A stretch of 63,095 nucleotides of DNA, the filler included, from Lenisia limosa (taxonomy: Eukaryota > Protista > Breviatea), in assembly GCA_001655205.1 (NCBI GenBank). It is 9 parts of 9 records of this genome, joined end to end, with 100 filler letters (N's around TTAATTAATTAA, not from the genome) between each part and the next. Parts side by side here need not be neighbours in the genome. Positions count along the whole stretch, not along the records: positions 1 to 13,816 come from LPNZ01010848.1; positions 13,917 to 28,715 come from LPNZ01001706.1; 7 more parts are not named here. The stretch is one strand, 5' to 3'. Shown piece after piece: positions 11,805-23,514 of the stretch (positions are counted from its first letter, which is position 1; every line of letters starts with the position of its first letter). A program made the position numbers and the translations under genes. A model generated the notes under the pieces. That model searched no databases. It had not been told where the DNA came from and worked only from the letters and a program-made list of their open reading frames with translations.

Positions 11805-13807
11805 ATGCCGCGCGTTGTTTCCCTCCTGGCGGCTCTCCTGCTGCATATTGTTCTGGCAGAAGTGATGTGAGTGGGATGTAATTATACAGGATTCTTCAAC
11901 TTGCTTTCTTCTGCCCTATCTCCTCTCTTCTCTTTTTAAATCTTCCGCTTCTTCTTTTTGCGTTTTTTTCGTGTTCTTTTCATTTTTGCTTTTTATGATG
12001 CATGTTGGCCGATCAACCCTGGCAGCCCCTAATATAGAGATAATGAAAAATAATAATAAAAAAGGTGGCATTGGGCTGAAGCCGTTTACACCATCACGTT
12101 TATATAGATATTGGATATTATTAATTGAAACAATCTTATTTGCCTTGTAACTCTCTGTACACAGTTTTCTGCGTGCGTCCCCCCACTCGTTATAACAGCG
12201 TCGAATACACAGTGCAAGACTCAATAATACAAATGAAATAGTCCTCCTGTGTTCTCAAATGTTAAGAGCCCCTTTTTTCTCAAATTTTATGGTGCTCTCT
12301 TGTGTTTAGCCACTTACTTTTGTAGCACAACACCAAATGGCGTCACCATGAATAATCTGGATGGTGGGGGGGGGGGGGTGNNNNNNNNNNNNNNNNNNNN
12401 NNNNNNNNNNNNNNNNNNNNNNNNNNNNNNNNNNNNNNNNNNNNNNNNNNNNNNNNNNNNNNNNNNNNNNNNNNNNNNNNNNNNACAGTGGGATACCAAA
12501 AACACAAATGAACAAAACTCCATGCTGGTTGGTGTTAACGCAACAACCGAATACATTACAATTGAAATCAGGGTTTTGTGAAAGCATCTGCAATTTCCAT
12601 TGGTCACCTGTTCAGAGCTCTGCCGTGATGGTGTGTGTCTTTCCTTTGATGTTTGCGGGGGGTGCCTCTCCTTTGTGGAGCGATTGGGGCGTCCGTATGG
12701 TTCGAAAAAGACTGGTAAAATTTCGATAATTATCCAGTCTTTTTTGGGACTGCAGGGAATCCCCAGGGTTGTGGTCCTTTGGTTTTTATGTGGTGTTGAT
12801 TTTCTTCATTCCTGTCTGTGTGGTAATATTTCCCTCAGTTGATGTTTGTGGGGGCGACATGTTTTTTTTAAGATTCTTTATGGGGTGATAATAACCTGAA
12901 ATATTAGTACTTTATAAGAATTTGTTGAAAACAAAGACTGTGTGACTGTAGACTTTGAAGAACAATAACTGTATTTATTTATACATAAAAACAGCTTAGG
13001 AGAATTAGCTTTATTTTTTCCATTTGAATAGTTTTTTTTTGCCGTTAGTAGGTGTGATGGGATGCAGTCAGTGCTCAATAGGGTTGATTTTGAGGTCATT
13101 TTGTTTCAGAAATTTTCCAATTCCCCTCCTTCTCCATTTTTTTTGTTTTTACTGTTTAGACCATATTCAACACAGTCAGTTCCGTCGAAAGTGTAAGAGG
13201 CTCGTCTGTAACCTGCTCCTAGTCTCTCTTAAAAATTTTGCATTTTCTTGGCATTACTTTCATTTTTTACCAGGGTTGATTTGGGCCTTTTTTATAAATT
13301 TCCAATTTTACCCTCCCTCACTCACCCCAATCGATTGCCCTCTTTTNNNNNNNNNNNNNNNNNNNNNNNNNNNNNNNNNNNNNNNNNNNNNNNNNNNNNN
13401 NNNNNNNNNNNNNNNNNNNNNNNNNNNNNNNNNNNNNNNNNNNNNNNNNNNNNNNNNNNNNNNNNNNNNNNNNNNNNNNNNNNNNNNNNNNNNNNNNNNN
13501 NNNNNNNNNNNNNNNNNNNNNNNNNNNNNNNNNNNNNNNNNNNNNNNNNNNNNNNNNNNNNNNNNNNNNNNNNNNNNNNNNNNNNNNNNNNNNNNNNCAT
13601 CCCTAGATTTAAATAGCATTTCCATGTTTGTTCATGGTGCCTGATCATAATTTACCTCCATGCTTTGTTTTATTCATAGATATTATCCGCTAGGTTTTTT
13701 TTTTCTTTTTCTTGCCTGCTTGTGTTTTTATCCTGAGATAATATTTATTGTTCTGTAGTGTATTCCGATATTGGGCTCTCAGCCACATTGGGGACCGTAG
13801 AATCCGG
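11805..13807 (+). CDS. Hypothetical secreted protein, multi-exon, partial
   Basis: First exon MPRVVSLLAALLLHIVLAEV looks like a signal peptide and ends at a GTGAGT donor. Further splice-bounded open exons at about 12326-12363, 12489-12530 and 13760-13807. Gaps block a full model. Confidence 0.45.
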
Positions 13808-13816
13808 TGCCTTTGC

Positions 13817-13916
13817 NNNNNNNNNNNNNNNNNNNNNNNNNNNNNNNNNNNNNNNNNNNNTTAATTAATTAANNNNNNNNNNNNNNNNNNNNNNNNNNNN
13901 NNNNNNNNNNNNNNNN
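13817..13916. other. Artificial scaffold join; also at linkers 28760, 32674, 36895, 42371, 56354, 58432 and 61635
   Basis: Identical 44 N + TTAATTAATTAA + 44 N. The linker carries TAA in all six frames. Confidence 0.95.
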
Positions 13917-14344
13917 TGGCATGGAGGAATGATGAATGGCAGAGAATGGGTGGTCCTAACTATCACTAAACCTTCCGCCAAGGTGAATTCTATTCCATTC
14001 TCCTTCGCCCAACATCCCCCCTCCCTGCTTGGCTTTTTTTTTGTTTCATTCAAAAAACTCACTAACTCCAGGATCTTTCTGCGTATATGTCAATGGCGTG
14101 ATTCGCCTTTTTCTTTGTCTATGGGTTGTTTCTGTTTTTGTTTTTCCAATGTATTACCTCTACAATACGGGATGTATAATTACAAGTCTTTATAAGGACG
14201 GGGGGGGGGTGAGTATCTTCTAGTATGGTGTTTACCAAAAAGTAATCTATTGATAGAAGCGAGGGTGGTGGTGGCAATACGTTAAATAGCTTTTCATTTG
14301 TTGCCTATACTTTGTCTAATGGGGAGTATTGGTGTTGACTCAGA

Positions 14345-14797
14345 CTCGACTATAATGAAAGGTCAAAAACCAGCACAGTCAGACAAATATCCATGGCACA
14401 TATTGAATGTGATTTACCAAAGCTTGTTGTCTTTTCAATTGAAGTAACTTGGGTAGTTATTAACAAAAAAGTAATTTGTTTCAATGAAGGCGTCTAAGCA
14501 TTCGTGGCAATTTTCTGAATTACCTGCTTTACCTTCGAATCTCCCTGATTCTCGTTTCTATGCCTTAATTCATGCTGCTTTACTGGGAATGGGAGGCGAA
14601 TTGCGGTCATATAAACAAATATATTTTCATAAAACTAAACTAGACACCCTCATACAGATACAGATACAGATACAAAATAACCCACACGCAAGACTCATTT
14701 ACTTCGCCTCATGCTTTTGGATGTCCTCCTTCTTCTCATGGAGGAGCAAATAGAGAGGGTTCGTGGTCGTGTTATGCTCCAATGCCTGTGTTGTTAA
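14345..14797 (+). CDS. Hypothetical protein, 3' exons
   Basis: Open, splice-bounded segments (LDYNERSKT...VFSIE; ASKHSWQF...GGELR). The phase into the last exon is unresolved. Confidence 0.3.
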
Positions 14798-14849
14798 AGA
14801 TGTTCGAAATATTTACATGTAATATAAAATGAGACTAAACAAGAAAGTG

Positions 14850-17800
14850 TCAGGCTGAAGCCTTCCACTCCTTCATTTTCAAAAGATTCCTCTGATAAGA
14901 GAGGGAAAAAGTCCCAGGAATATCATATCATATACCAATACAGAGCTGAGGAGGTCTGCATAACTGAAAGGAAAATGAAAAGATAGCAGGTAGAAGTGTA
15001 TTCAACTGCCCCCCCCCCACCTCCATCCAGCGATTTCTGTCGTTCTCATCTGTGGCTGCAAACACGTATGATTTGTGATGTCCCATTTCCAGCCCCTTCG
15101 ACACCACTTTGGCAGCCTTGACCGAGAGTCTGGATGTATCAACAAAAAGTCAGTCGTGAAACCCTATTCAAAAAATAACTGTGCGTGGACAGTAGAAGTC
15201 TACTATAAACTTTCAGTGGACCAATGCCAAGCCCCCCATACCCTCCCGGGTGGTAGATTTCAAAGCCGAACTTCTTGGCGTCGTGGGGACGAACAGCAAG
15301 CTCCTCAAGTGGGACAATACCCAAGGGGTCCTTTGCCTGAGGAAGGGGGGGGGGGTGAAAAAGTAGAATTGTAAAATTTATTGTGTAATCGATATTAAGA
15401 ACCCACAACTAACTCTGTAGTATACAGCTGGTTTCAGAGAAAAATATTCAATAAACCCTTTTTCATGAAAACCGCCCAGTACTTGCCACTTACTTCTCGT
15501 GTTTTGAAGTAATACAGCACGTTACCGGCAACAACAAACCATCTGAACCGTAAAAGCCTATCGAGCTGCTTATTGTGGGTCAGGTGAAGTTGGGAGAATA
15601 TGATAATTTTAAGACTCCGATGAGAGATTGGAAGGGAGAGTGTGTGAGTATGAGTGTGTGGGTAGGAGAGAGAGGACGGTATTATTTTTCAATAAAATAA
15701 AAATAGATAAAAATGAAAGAAATTTACAGAAGCATTCCACACAGTAATGCTGATCCAATCATTTGCTTACCTAGTTTTCCAGTTTTTCCTTCTGCCTCCC
15801 TGCTTGACCATCCAGCCTTCTTTCTCAGGGTTGAAAAATGTCAGCATCGAAGGGTCATATTCTGCGGAGTTATCCATGGTTTTATTTAGGTTGAATGGGA
15901 AAAGTTGGGATTCCGCTGTCCAAGTCTTCACCCACCATCTTCTGAAGGGAAGTCAAACGGCTGCTTAGCAATGGAGTCAAATAGGGCCTCCAGGTACTTT
16001 CGATCCACGTCAGCTCCGTCTTTGCCGATTCCTAATATGGTAAGAAGGTTTCTACGGTTCAAAATACGACATGTACATTCCAGGAACTTCCGTACTAAGA
16101 TCATAAAATCGATATGATGTAACTATGTAGTAGTACAGCATGCTATATAATAGTATAGTATTTCAGACTTAATACATGTGGTGGACATCCATGGTAAGAG
16201 GAAGCAGCCCCTCCCCCAACCTCTGTTATTTTTAATGAAGCCAGCTTTGGTCATTTTGTTCTTGACGCTCGGGTTATGTTGATCCGTATTGAGCATAATG
16301 AGACTGAAGGCAAGTACATACGCAGTGTCTGAAGGGTTAAGGCAGGTCGCTAAACCAATGAAAACTTGGAGTGTGAGGGTTTCTGCACTTTAGAAACATA
16401 ATTTTGGATATGGGAGAGGTTTAAGATCATGTATTGAGAGACCTGGTTTACAGAGGGCATTCATTCCGCTGGTCGAATCGAGCAGAAAAACTGTTCCCTC
16501 AATAACAGCGGATTGTACTATACAGCATATTATATGTAATACATGTAGGGGTGGGGGGGGGGGGNNNNNNNNNNNNNNNNNNNNNNNNNNNNNNNNNNNN
16601 NNNNNNNNNNNNNNNNNNNNNNNNNNNNNNTATGCCCTCCTATCCCATAATCCCCTTTTGTCAACCCACACACCATTGGTGTCGAAGACATCAGGATTGC
16701 AAGATACATAGACGCCCGAAAAAGCCTCCATCATTCTGTCGATCTTCTGCGCTTCGCCAGGTAAACAAAACGCCCCCAGGAACCGCCTTGTTCAGATTAG
16801 AAAATGAAGACATTCAAATACCTTCAAACATAATAACCAAAAAAAGAAAAAAGAAACTTGTTATTACAAGCCCAACCTATAGTTTAAACAATGGTAGTAT
16901 ATAGATACCCCACAATAAAATAATAGTAAAAAAAACGGCAACATAGTTTATACAATTTCACAAAAAAACAGTTTTTGAGAGCCAAAAACCAACCTCAAAG
17001 CAAAGTCAAACTCCAAGCCTCCAAAGTTGAACTGTTTCACAAACGCACTCAAAACGGCCAACTCTCGTTCCCCCCTGGAGCTATGAAACTAAAGTCGCTG
17101 CATAGTTACAGTGTCCTTTTTGACTATACGTTTCTATTAGGTATACAATATCATAGTATGGGAAACACAAAACAAAAGCAATATATATGTATACTATACT
17201 ATATAATATAAATATATGTAATTATGTATATAGAGCCATATAAATATATTAGTATTATATAAAATAAAAAACACCATGAAATCATGAAAAATAGTTGAGC
17301 GATAAAAAAATAATCACCCACGGTTCTCCAAGGTATTCACCAATGGCCTTTTTGCTCAGTGTCGGCTCCTCAATCAGGAACCGTGCGATCTNNNNNNNNN
17401 NNNNNNNNNNNNNNNNNNNNNNNNNNNNNNNNNNNNNNNNNNNNNNNNNNNNNNNNNNNNNNNNNNNNNNNNNNNNNNNNNNNNCAGGTAAACGTCAATA
17501 GTTATACATACATGTAATGTAAATGAATAACACATGCAAGCACTCAAAAACGAGAGTGGGTAAGAGTGGGTAATTCAATTATTTTCACGACATTGCCGTC
17601 AAACAGAGCCACCATGACACGACTCCACAAACCTCATCAGGCTGTTCTTGCAAGAGGTGGTTTTCGAAGAGCATTGTGAGTGACTAGAAGCGTCAACTGA
17701 AGTTGCGTTGTAAAATTGACATTTGAACAATTATTTACTCAGGATACTATTGAATGGTAATAGTTCAAAGCCATACTGTAAACGAAAACAAAAACGCCCA

Positions 17801-18890
17801 GGCACCTTCTTTGGTGACTTTGAGAACAGTGTCACTGCCTCCTGGTACTTCAGCTTCATAGCCCCTCGGAAAGCAGCTGGAGAATGATGAAGGTGTTGGA
17901 AGGGGGGGGGGGGGNNNNNNNNNNNNNNNNNNNNNNNNNNNNNNNNNNNNNNNNNNNNNNNNNNNNNNNNNNNNNNNNNNNNNNNNNNNNNNNNNNNNNN
18001 NNNNNNNNNNNNNNNNNNNNCTGTTTTTACTTCATGTCATGGCATACCTTAATACAACATATCGATTATATATATTTGATAGACGAACCATTCCCACCTC
18101 CAAAAGAGCTTGTTTTTGTGCGTGATCGTATTCTTTCATTGTTCTAAATCAGTGAATAACTCCACTGATAAATTGTCTACATTGGTAGATATGATGCATC
18201 CTCGAAGCCCGAGTCTACAGTGACACTTTCCCTCGCTTACACTCGCCTCCACTTTCTGTCTCTGATCCTCAGTGAACTTTTCGATGGAGTCCTGGAGGAC
18301 CGATACCTCCCTGCGTATACTCTAAGGCGTGTCAGAAATCAAAAAGGATGAAGAATTTCAACAAACTAGTAAGATACCGTAACTTGTTTTATCAAGCACT
18401 TCATCCCAAAATTCCCAACTCCTTGCACAGAAGCGGTCCAATTGGACAGCACAAATTAACGGACCAAGTGAAACAACAGTTACACGATGTGACGCAGGCA
18501 AAAATAATAGAGAGAATGAAAACATACTCATATTAACAAAACATTTAGGGAATGAATGTCTTAAAAAAAAATCCAGAAATAAACGGATAATGAGAGGTAA
18601 ACCTAGATGAAGCTAGAGAAAGGCATTGTTTATGAAGAAACGTTGTAAAACAGGACAGCGGGACCTCAAATTAGGTATGTGTCATCATCAATTTATCAAT
18701 ACAACAGTCCTTTGCGCTATTTCACATCCTCAAATAACATTGTTCACACACATACCGCTGCATATTCGAAAAGATCTTCAAGGGACAGTTCAAAGAGAGC
18801 TTTGATAGGCGTCTCCGTCATGACTTCTTTAGTCATGACATCGGTCTCTTCCTCAGGAACTAAACTGATAATGGAGAAAGCAGCCCAGTG
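14850..18890 (-). CDS. Cytohesin/ARNO-like ArfGEF (coiled coil - Sec7 - PH)
   Basis: Sec7 motifs IARFL...[28 protein letters not shown] and [22 protein letters not shown] motifs [26 protein letters not shown]...LYYF...LGIVPLEEL...HKSYVFAA...RWME. The terminal exons at both ends are approximate. Confidence 0.9.
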
Positions 18891-19282
18891 CTTGACTGAG
18901 CGGAAGATTAGCCGATTTGGTGTTAAGAGTGCAGTTCAGAAATGGTAAATATGCGAAGGTATATTATTAATGAAATGATTTAACTTGCATTAGAATCCTT
19001 TTAACCATCTATTGAGCCATACCTGTAATGTTTGAAGCCAATTAGAAATTCCGCTCTTCCGTATTTCCACCCTTTCCGTCAAAAGCCTGTGTTTTTGTAA
19101 TACGTAATTCTATTTAAACAATTAACGAGCGCGAAGTCGCGAAATTGAAAAATAACCTTAAATGGCAAAATTACAAAACTGGAGGATTGTATCCCCACAA
19201 ACTATTTAATAATGTGTGTAGGCCTCTTCTTGTGGACTTTCTGGAGAAATATACATATAATAATAATTATAAGAAATTAACA

Positions 19283-20175
19283 ATGGAGGAGTGCAGTGAT
19301 GAAGACGTTTTCTACCACGAATTTCGTGATCTCAAAGCAGTATGTTTCTAGAGTCGTACTTTAACACATTACTCTTTATCTGAATATTTTTTTGTTTGTG
19401 TTTTGATATTAAATAGGATTCGTCCGCTAAAACATCACAGTTATAAATAATTGATTCAACTTTTTCCTCCTCGGATTTTCTTTCAGTGAACAATGATTGG
19501 CATTTCATGGAAGCTTCAATCTGTTGATGCGATTTCTTTAGACAGCAGTCCAGGAAGGAATCCTCAATACCCCTGAAAAGGCAGCATTGCAAGAAGGCTT
19601 TAACTCAGGGTTCAAGAAGAGTAGGCGTGGTAGTAAAGTTGATTATTTTCAAGGAATCTTGGATGTGATTTCCAAATACTAGATATTGTACTCAATTAAT
19701 ATCATACAAATAAACCTTGTTTCATTTATCATCTGCTATCAGTATAGTGAATTGAGAAGAACCAAGTATGAATAAAATTTAAATCCCAGAGTATTCTCTT
19801 TATATGTGTTGAGAGTAACAATCAGATGTCGGTATTGGCGTAGAATTCGGCAAGTTACTCGCCAAACTCAAGTGGGAAGGGTATTTTGCTAATCCTCTTC
19901 TTTATTATCGAATTAACAAGTTAACGGAGACGGAAGGAATATGTTGTGCCTTATTATATATCTGCGATATGATATACTAATATTATCTGAAAAAATGTGA
20001 ATGTTTAGGGAAATCGCTTAAATTGTAGATTAGTAGATTCAATAGAAAGTAACACTCTTTGCAAAGAACTGCTTGATGATGTGCATAATATCAAAGCTTC
20101 TGATGATGATGAGCTGCAGAAGAAAGTTGGGGATGGGGGGTGTTGCAATGTTACTGAAGGGCATGATTACTTCAG
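19283..20175 (+). CDS. Yae1-like (Yae1_N) small protein, multi-exon
   Basis: MEECSDEDVFYHEFRDLKA spliced to TAVQEGILNTPEKAALQEGFNSGFKK resembles the Yae1 EGI...LQEGFNxG motif. Later exons are tentative. Confidence 0.45.
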
Positions 20176-20665
20176 GTATGCCTCCTATCGTTCTAAATTA
20201 ATTATGTGCCAATACCTAACCAGGACATTCTTTGGCATTTTTGAATATATTTTGAATCTCCAGGCTTTAACGTATGGGATATTAATTTAAAGGTGCTGTT
20301 TAAGTTTCAAGAACAGATATCACATAGTATATAATACACAATGTATATATGTGTATACTTGCCATTCTGCCATTATCTTCCAGTTACTATATTGGACTGA
20401 AAAGGTGAACACCATTTGAAATGCCCAAAAAGACAACCCATGACAGGACGAACCTCTTGTGCACTGCCCTTATGATTTGTGATGTTTTCTTATCAATTGT
20501 AATTTAAGTCTTAATAATATCGATTTGAGTTGTTGTTTTTACCTAATTACATGTCATCGCTACTAGTTCTTAAGAAATACATTACAAACAACATTTAAGG
20601 AGTAACATTTTAATTTGGATGCCGCCTAATGCAGCCTCCCTATGGAACAGAATATATACGAAGTC

Positions 20666-23100
20666 TCAGTACTTCACAATGGGATGCCTCTTGAGATTGA
20701 TAGTTGTTTCACACATTCCTGTTCTTGCCTGCACATGGCCAAATTCAACTTGTAGCTCCTGGGGAAGGTTCACTCGACCAGCTAAAAATGTGAAATCCTG
20801 CTTTTTTTTCAATCAAACAGGAGAGATTTCCTATTTCAAAATGGTGGCTTACTATCACATCCGTGCTTACGTATTGATGGAAGGTTATCTTGATGCACCC
20901 ATGCGAGGCTGATATGCGGTTTTGCAGGCTTAGGGGTCAAAGTTGGGCAATGGAAAATTCATGATAAATGTTAAATCATTTCCAATCCTTGTTGACTTCA
21001 CCAAAAGCAAAAAAAACATACCTGGTAATAAGGTTGTCCATTGAATTTATCCACCACTTGGTCAGATGCAGAAATGGCATCAGCAACAGGGTTTGGAATC
21101 TAGGGAGGCGTGGGTTAAAATCGTATTTCCTGATCACATGTCAAGTATGATTGTTCCTTGATTATAAGTCATATTTGTCGGTACTATTTGAAACTGTTAT
21201 GGATTAAACTACTGAAATAACGCCAAGTTTTAATTATTTCTTGCATTAAGTCTCACCCAACCTTGGGCATAAGACAGAGGAATACTCTGCCACTTTCACT
21301 GGTCATCCACTCAGTATGTGTAAATGTAATGATTCGTCTGTAAAGAATAAAAAACAACTTGAAGACTGATAATATCAAATCATCTAAAAATATCATAACT
21401 CAAAACGCACTGAATATAAGGATTATCAAAAGGGTCTTACCAACCTTTTAGCATTAATTAGACTTTCGGAAAGACTCGATTTGAACACTCGAATCTGCTC
21501 AGTTGGAAGCATGAAGGTTTTTGAGAGACTTATATGCCACTAAAGAACATGAAGAAATGGAGCTTTGAATAATCTAGGAAAGAAAATTTCCAAAAATGTT
21601 CGAGAAAAAATATCAAAAGCTTTAATTATTAAAACTGGAGTAAATGTGAAATGTTACATATCAACTTTCACAGGTTTGAACCAACCAAACCTGTGAAGGT
21701 TCGATATGATGAATGTGTTTCTCATCAACGTCATTGGGAATGGTGTAATTGAGCCTCTTCAACATCCCCACCACGGCTTCATTTTGATTCTTCATTTGGA
21801 AAGCTACATATTAAGGAGTAATACTCACAAAATACACTGACTACAGACTGACAGGGTACTTTGAACAAATATACAAATATAACACACATGTCATGTAAAG
21901 CATTGATGGGAAATGGTCGTCTTTGTGTTCAACAATCCGTTTTGTGCCGTCATTTTTCCGAAGCCTATGTTTTGGTCGCTCAGTGACCGGTCGGTTATGG
22001 CTCAGGAAAAAGAACGCATCTCCTGCTGGGGTAAAAGGCAAATAAACATAATTTTGACTTACAATGTCATTTTGGAGAAACTATGATGATAGGGGATAGG
22101 AAAAATATGAAGATAAATTAAATGACATGATGAACCGCTTATTAAAATAGAGCCAATCATCGTTTTACAACAGAATCACATTCCCAATTCACGTTTTTCG
22201 TGCCGGCCGAGGTTTGAAGGGGGTGGAGGCGGAGGACCTGTGATATCTTTTTTTACAAGGAGTTTGGAGGTCATAGGGCGCTGTTTCAGATCTGCAACTT
22301 TCCTACAGAATAATAAATGCTAACGTCTTCAAAAGAATCAAAAAGTAGATTCAAAGGTTTCAATTATCTTGAGGGATTCTTACTTACCTTTCAACAATTG
22401 GTGGAAGAAAGCCATCACTATTACCATCACACTTTGCTTGCATTTCATGAAGTTTGGGGCTCTTTTCAACTTCACTTGGGGCTGAATCGCGTGAGATACT
22501 ACACGCTGAAAAAGAAAAAAAAAACAATCAAAGTGAGCAATTTTGTGTAACTGTCATATCTGGTATCTCATCTCTATCATGTGTCTGAAAATAACTGTTA
22601 TCAAAATGAAGAAGCAGCACTAATTCTTGTATTCATCCACAAACCATGCAGTACTGTTGCCTGTTTTTGATTTTCACTATTTTTCTTGATATTGGAACTC
22701 GAAACGTGAACCGGACGCTTGGGCAAGTAATCCTGATAGTGAGGTACTCAATCAAATGTCTCAGGGTGTTAGTTTAACACACTGTCAACTTTGTTTTGTC
22801 ATTAAATAGAATATTTGTATCTAATTTGATCAGTATCCCTTTGGGTGGGGTCACATGACGTATTTCACATCGGACTAGCGTAAAAGACTTTCCAACACAA
22901 GCCTGAGTAAATGGCAAACTTGAAGGGGTGGAATTATCACAGGAAAAGCATAAATCAATTACCATATATCGATATACTTATTGAAACATTACTACCACTG
23001 CAGCAGAACATTATACTGGCATCCCTTTACTCACATGGATGTTAATATCGAGGTCAGAGGTATCATCATCGCTGGAAAAGCCAAGAACTCTTCGCGACAT
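20666..23100 (-). CDS. USB1: U6 snRNA 3'-end phosphodiesterase USB1/Mpn1 (2H family)
   Basis: Both HxS motifs are present: WHISLSKTFML and KPHISLAW. Also NESGRVFL, DQVVDKFNGQPYY and the N-terminal MSRRVLGFSSDDD. TGA at 20666-20668. Some 5' exon phases are unresolved. Confidence 0.85.
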
Positions 23101-23514
23101 TTTTAGCTAAGATATTGTAAAACAAAGGATGACTACCCAATATGACACACTGCCTGAAAATGATCAAGATATGCTCGCATGTGTCATGTATGCCTCACAT
23201 GGTAATAAATAGTACTATATGTTCATCTGATAGTAGCCCCTGCTTATTGCGCACTTCTGCGGTTGGCGATGACTTAAATGATGCACCTCACCAGGTCTCT
23301 TATGAGTAAATAGCACTATGTCTAATATATGTAGCTGAAGACTAGCTGAAGAAGAGGTCCCAATGGTCCCAAGGGATGGTTAAAAGAAGAGGCATAATGG
23401 GCACACGTTCATTCATTTATACCAGCGGCAATTTCAGCATTCAATTTTGTTTTGTGAATGATCCTCTTTCTGACGATTGCTTACTGCAAAATATATTTAG
23501 TTATCTTCTACTAG

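Noticed and set aside
1135-12770. Recurring palindromes as a CRISPR array or bacterial REP elements
   Set aside because: Spacing is irregular, copies are diverged, and they lie in spliceosomal introns. No cas genes or regular spacers are present.
13861-13872. TTAATTAATTAA palindrome recurring eight times
   Set aside because: Always centred in exactly 100 bp with 44 N each side. It is a six-frame-stop assembly linker, not biology.
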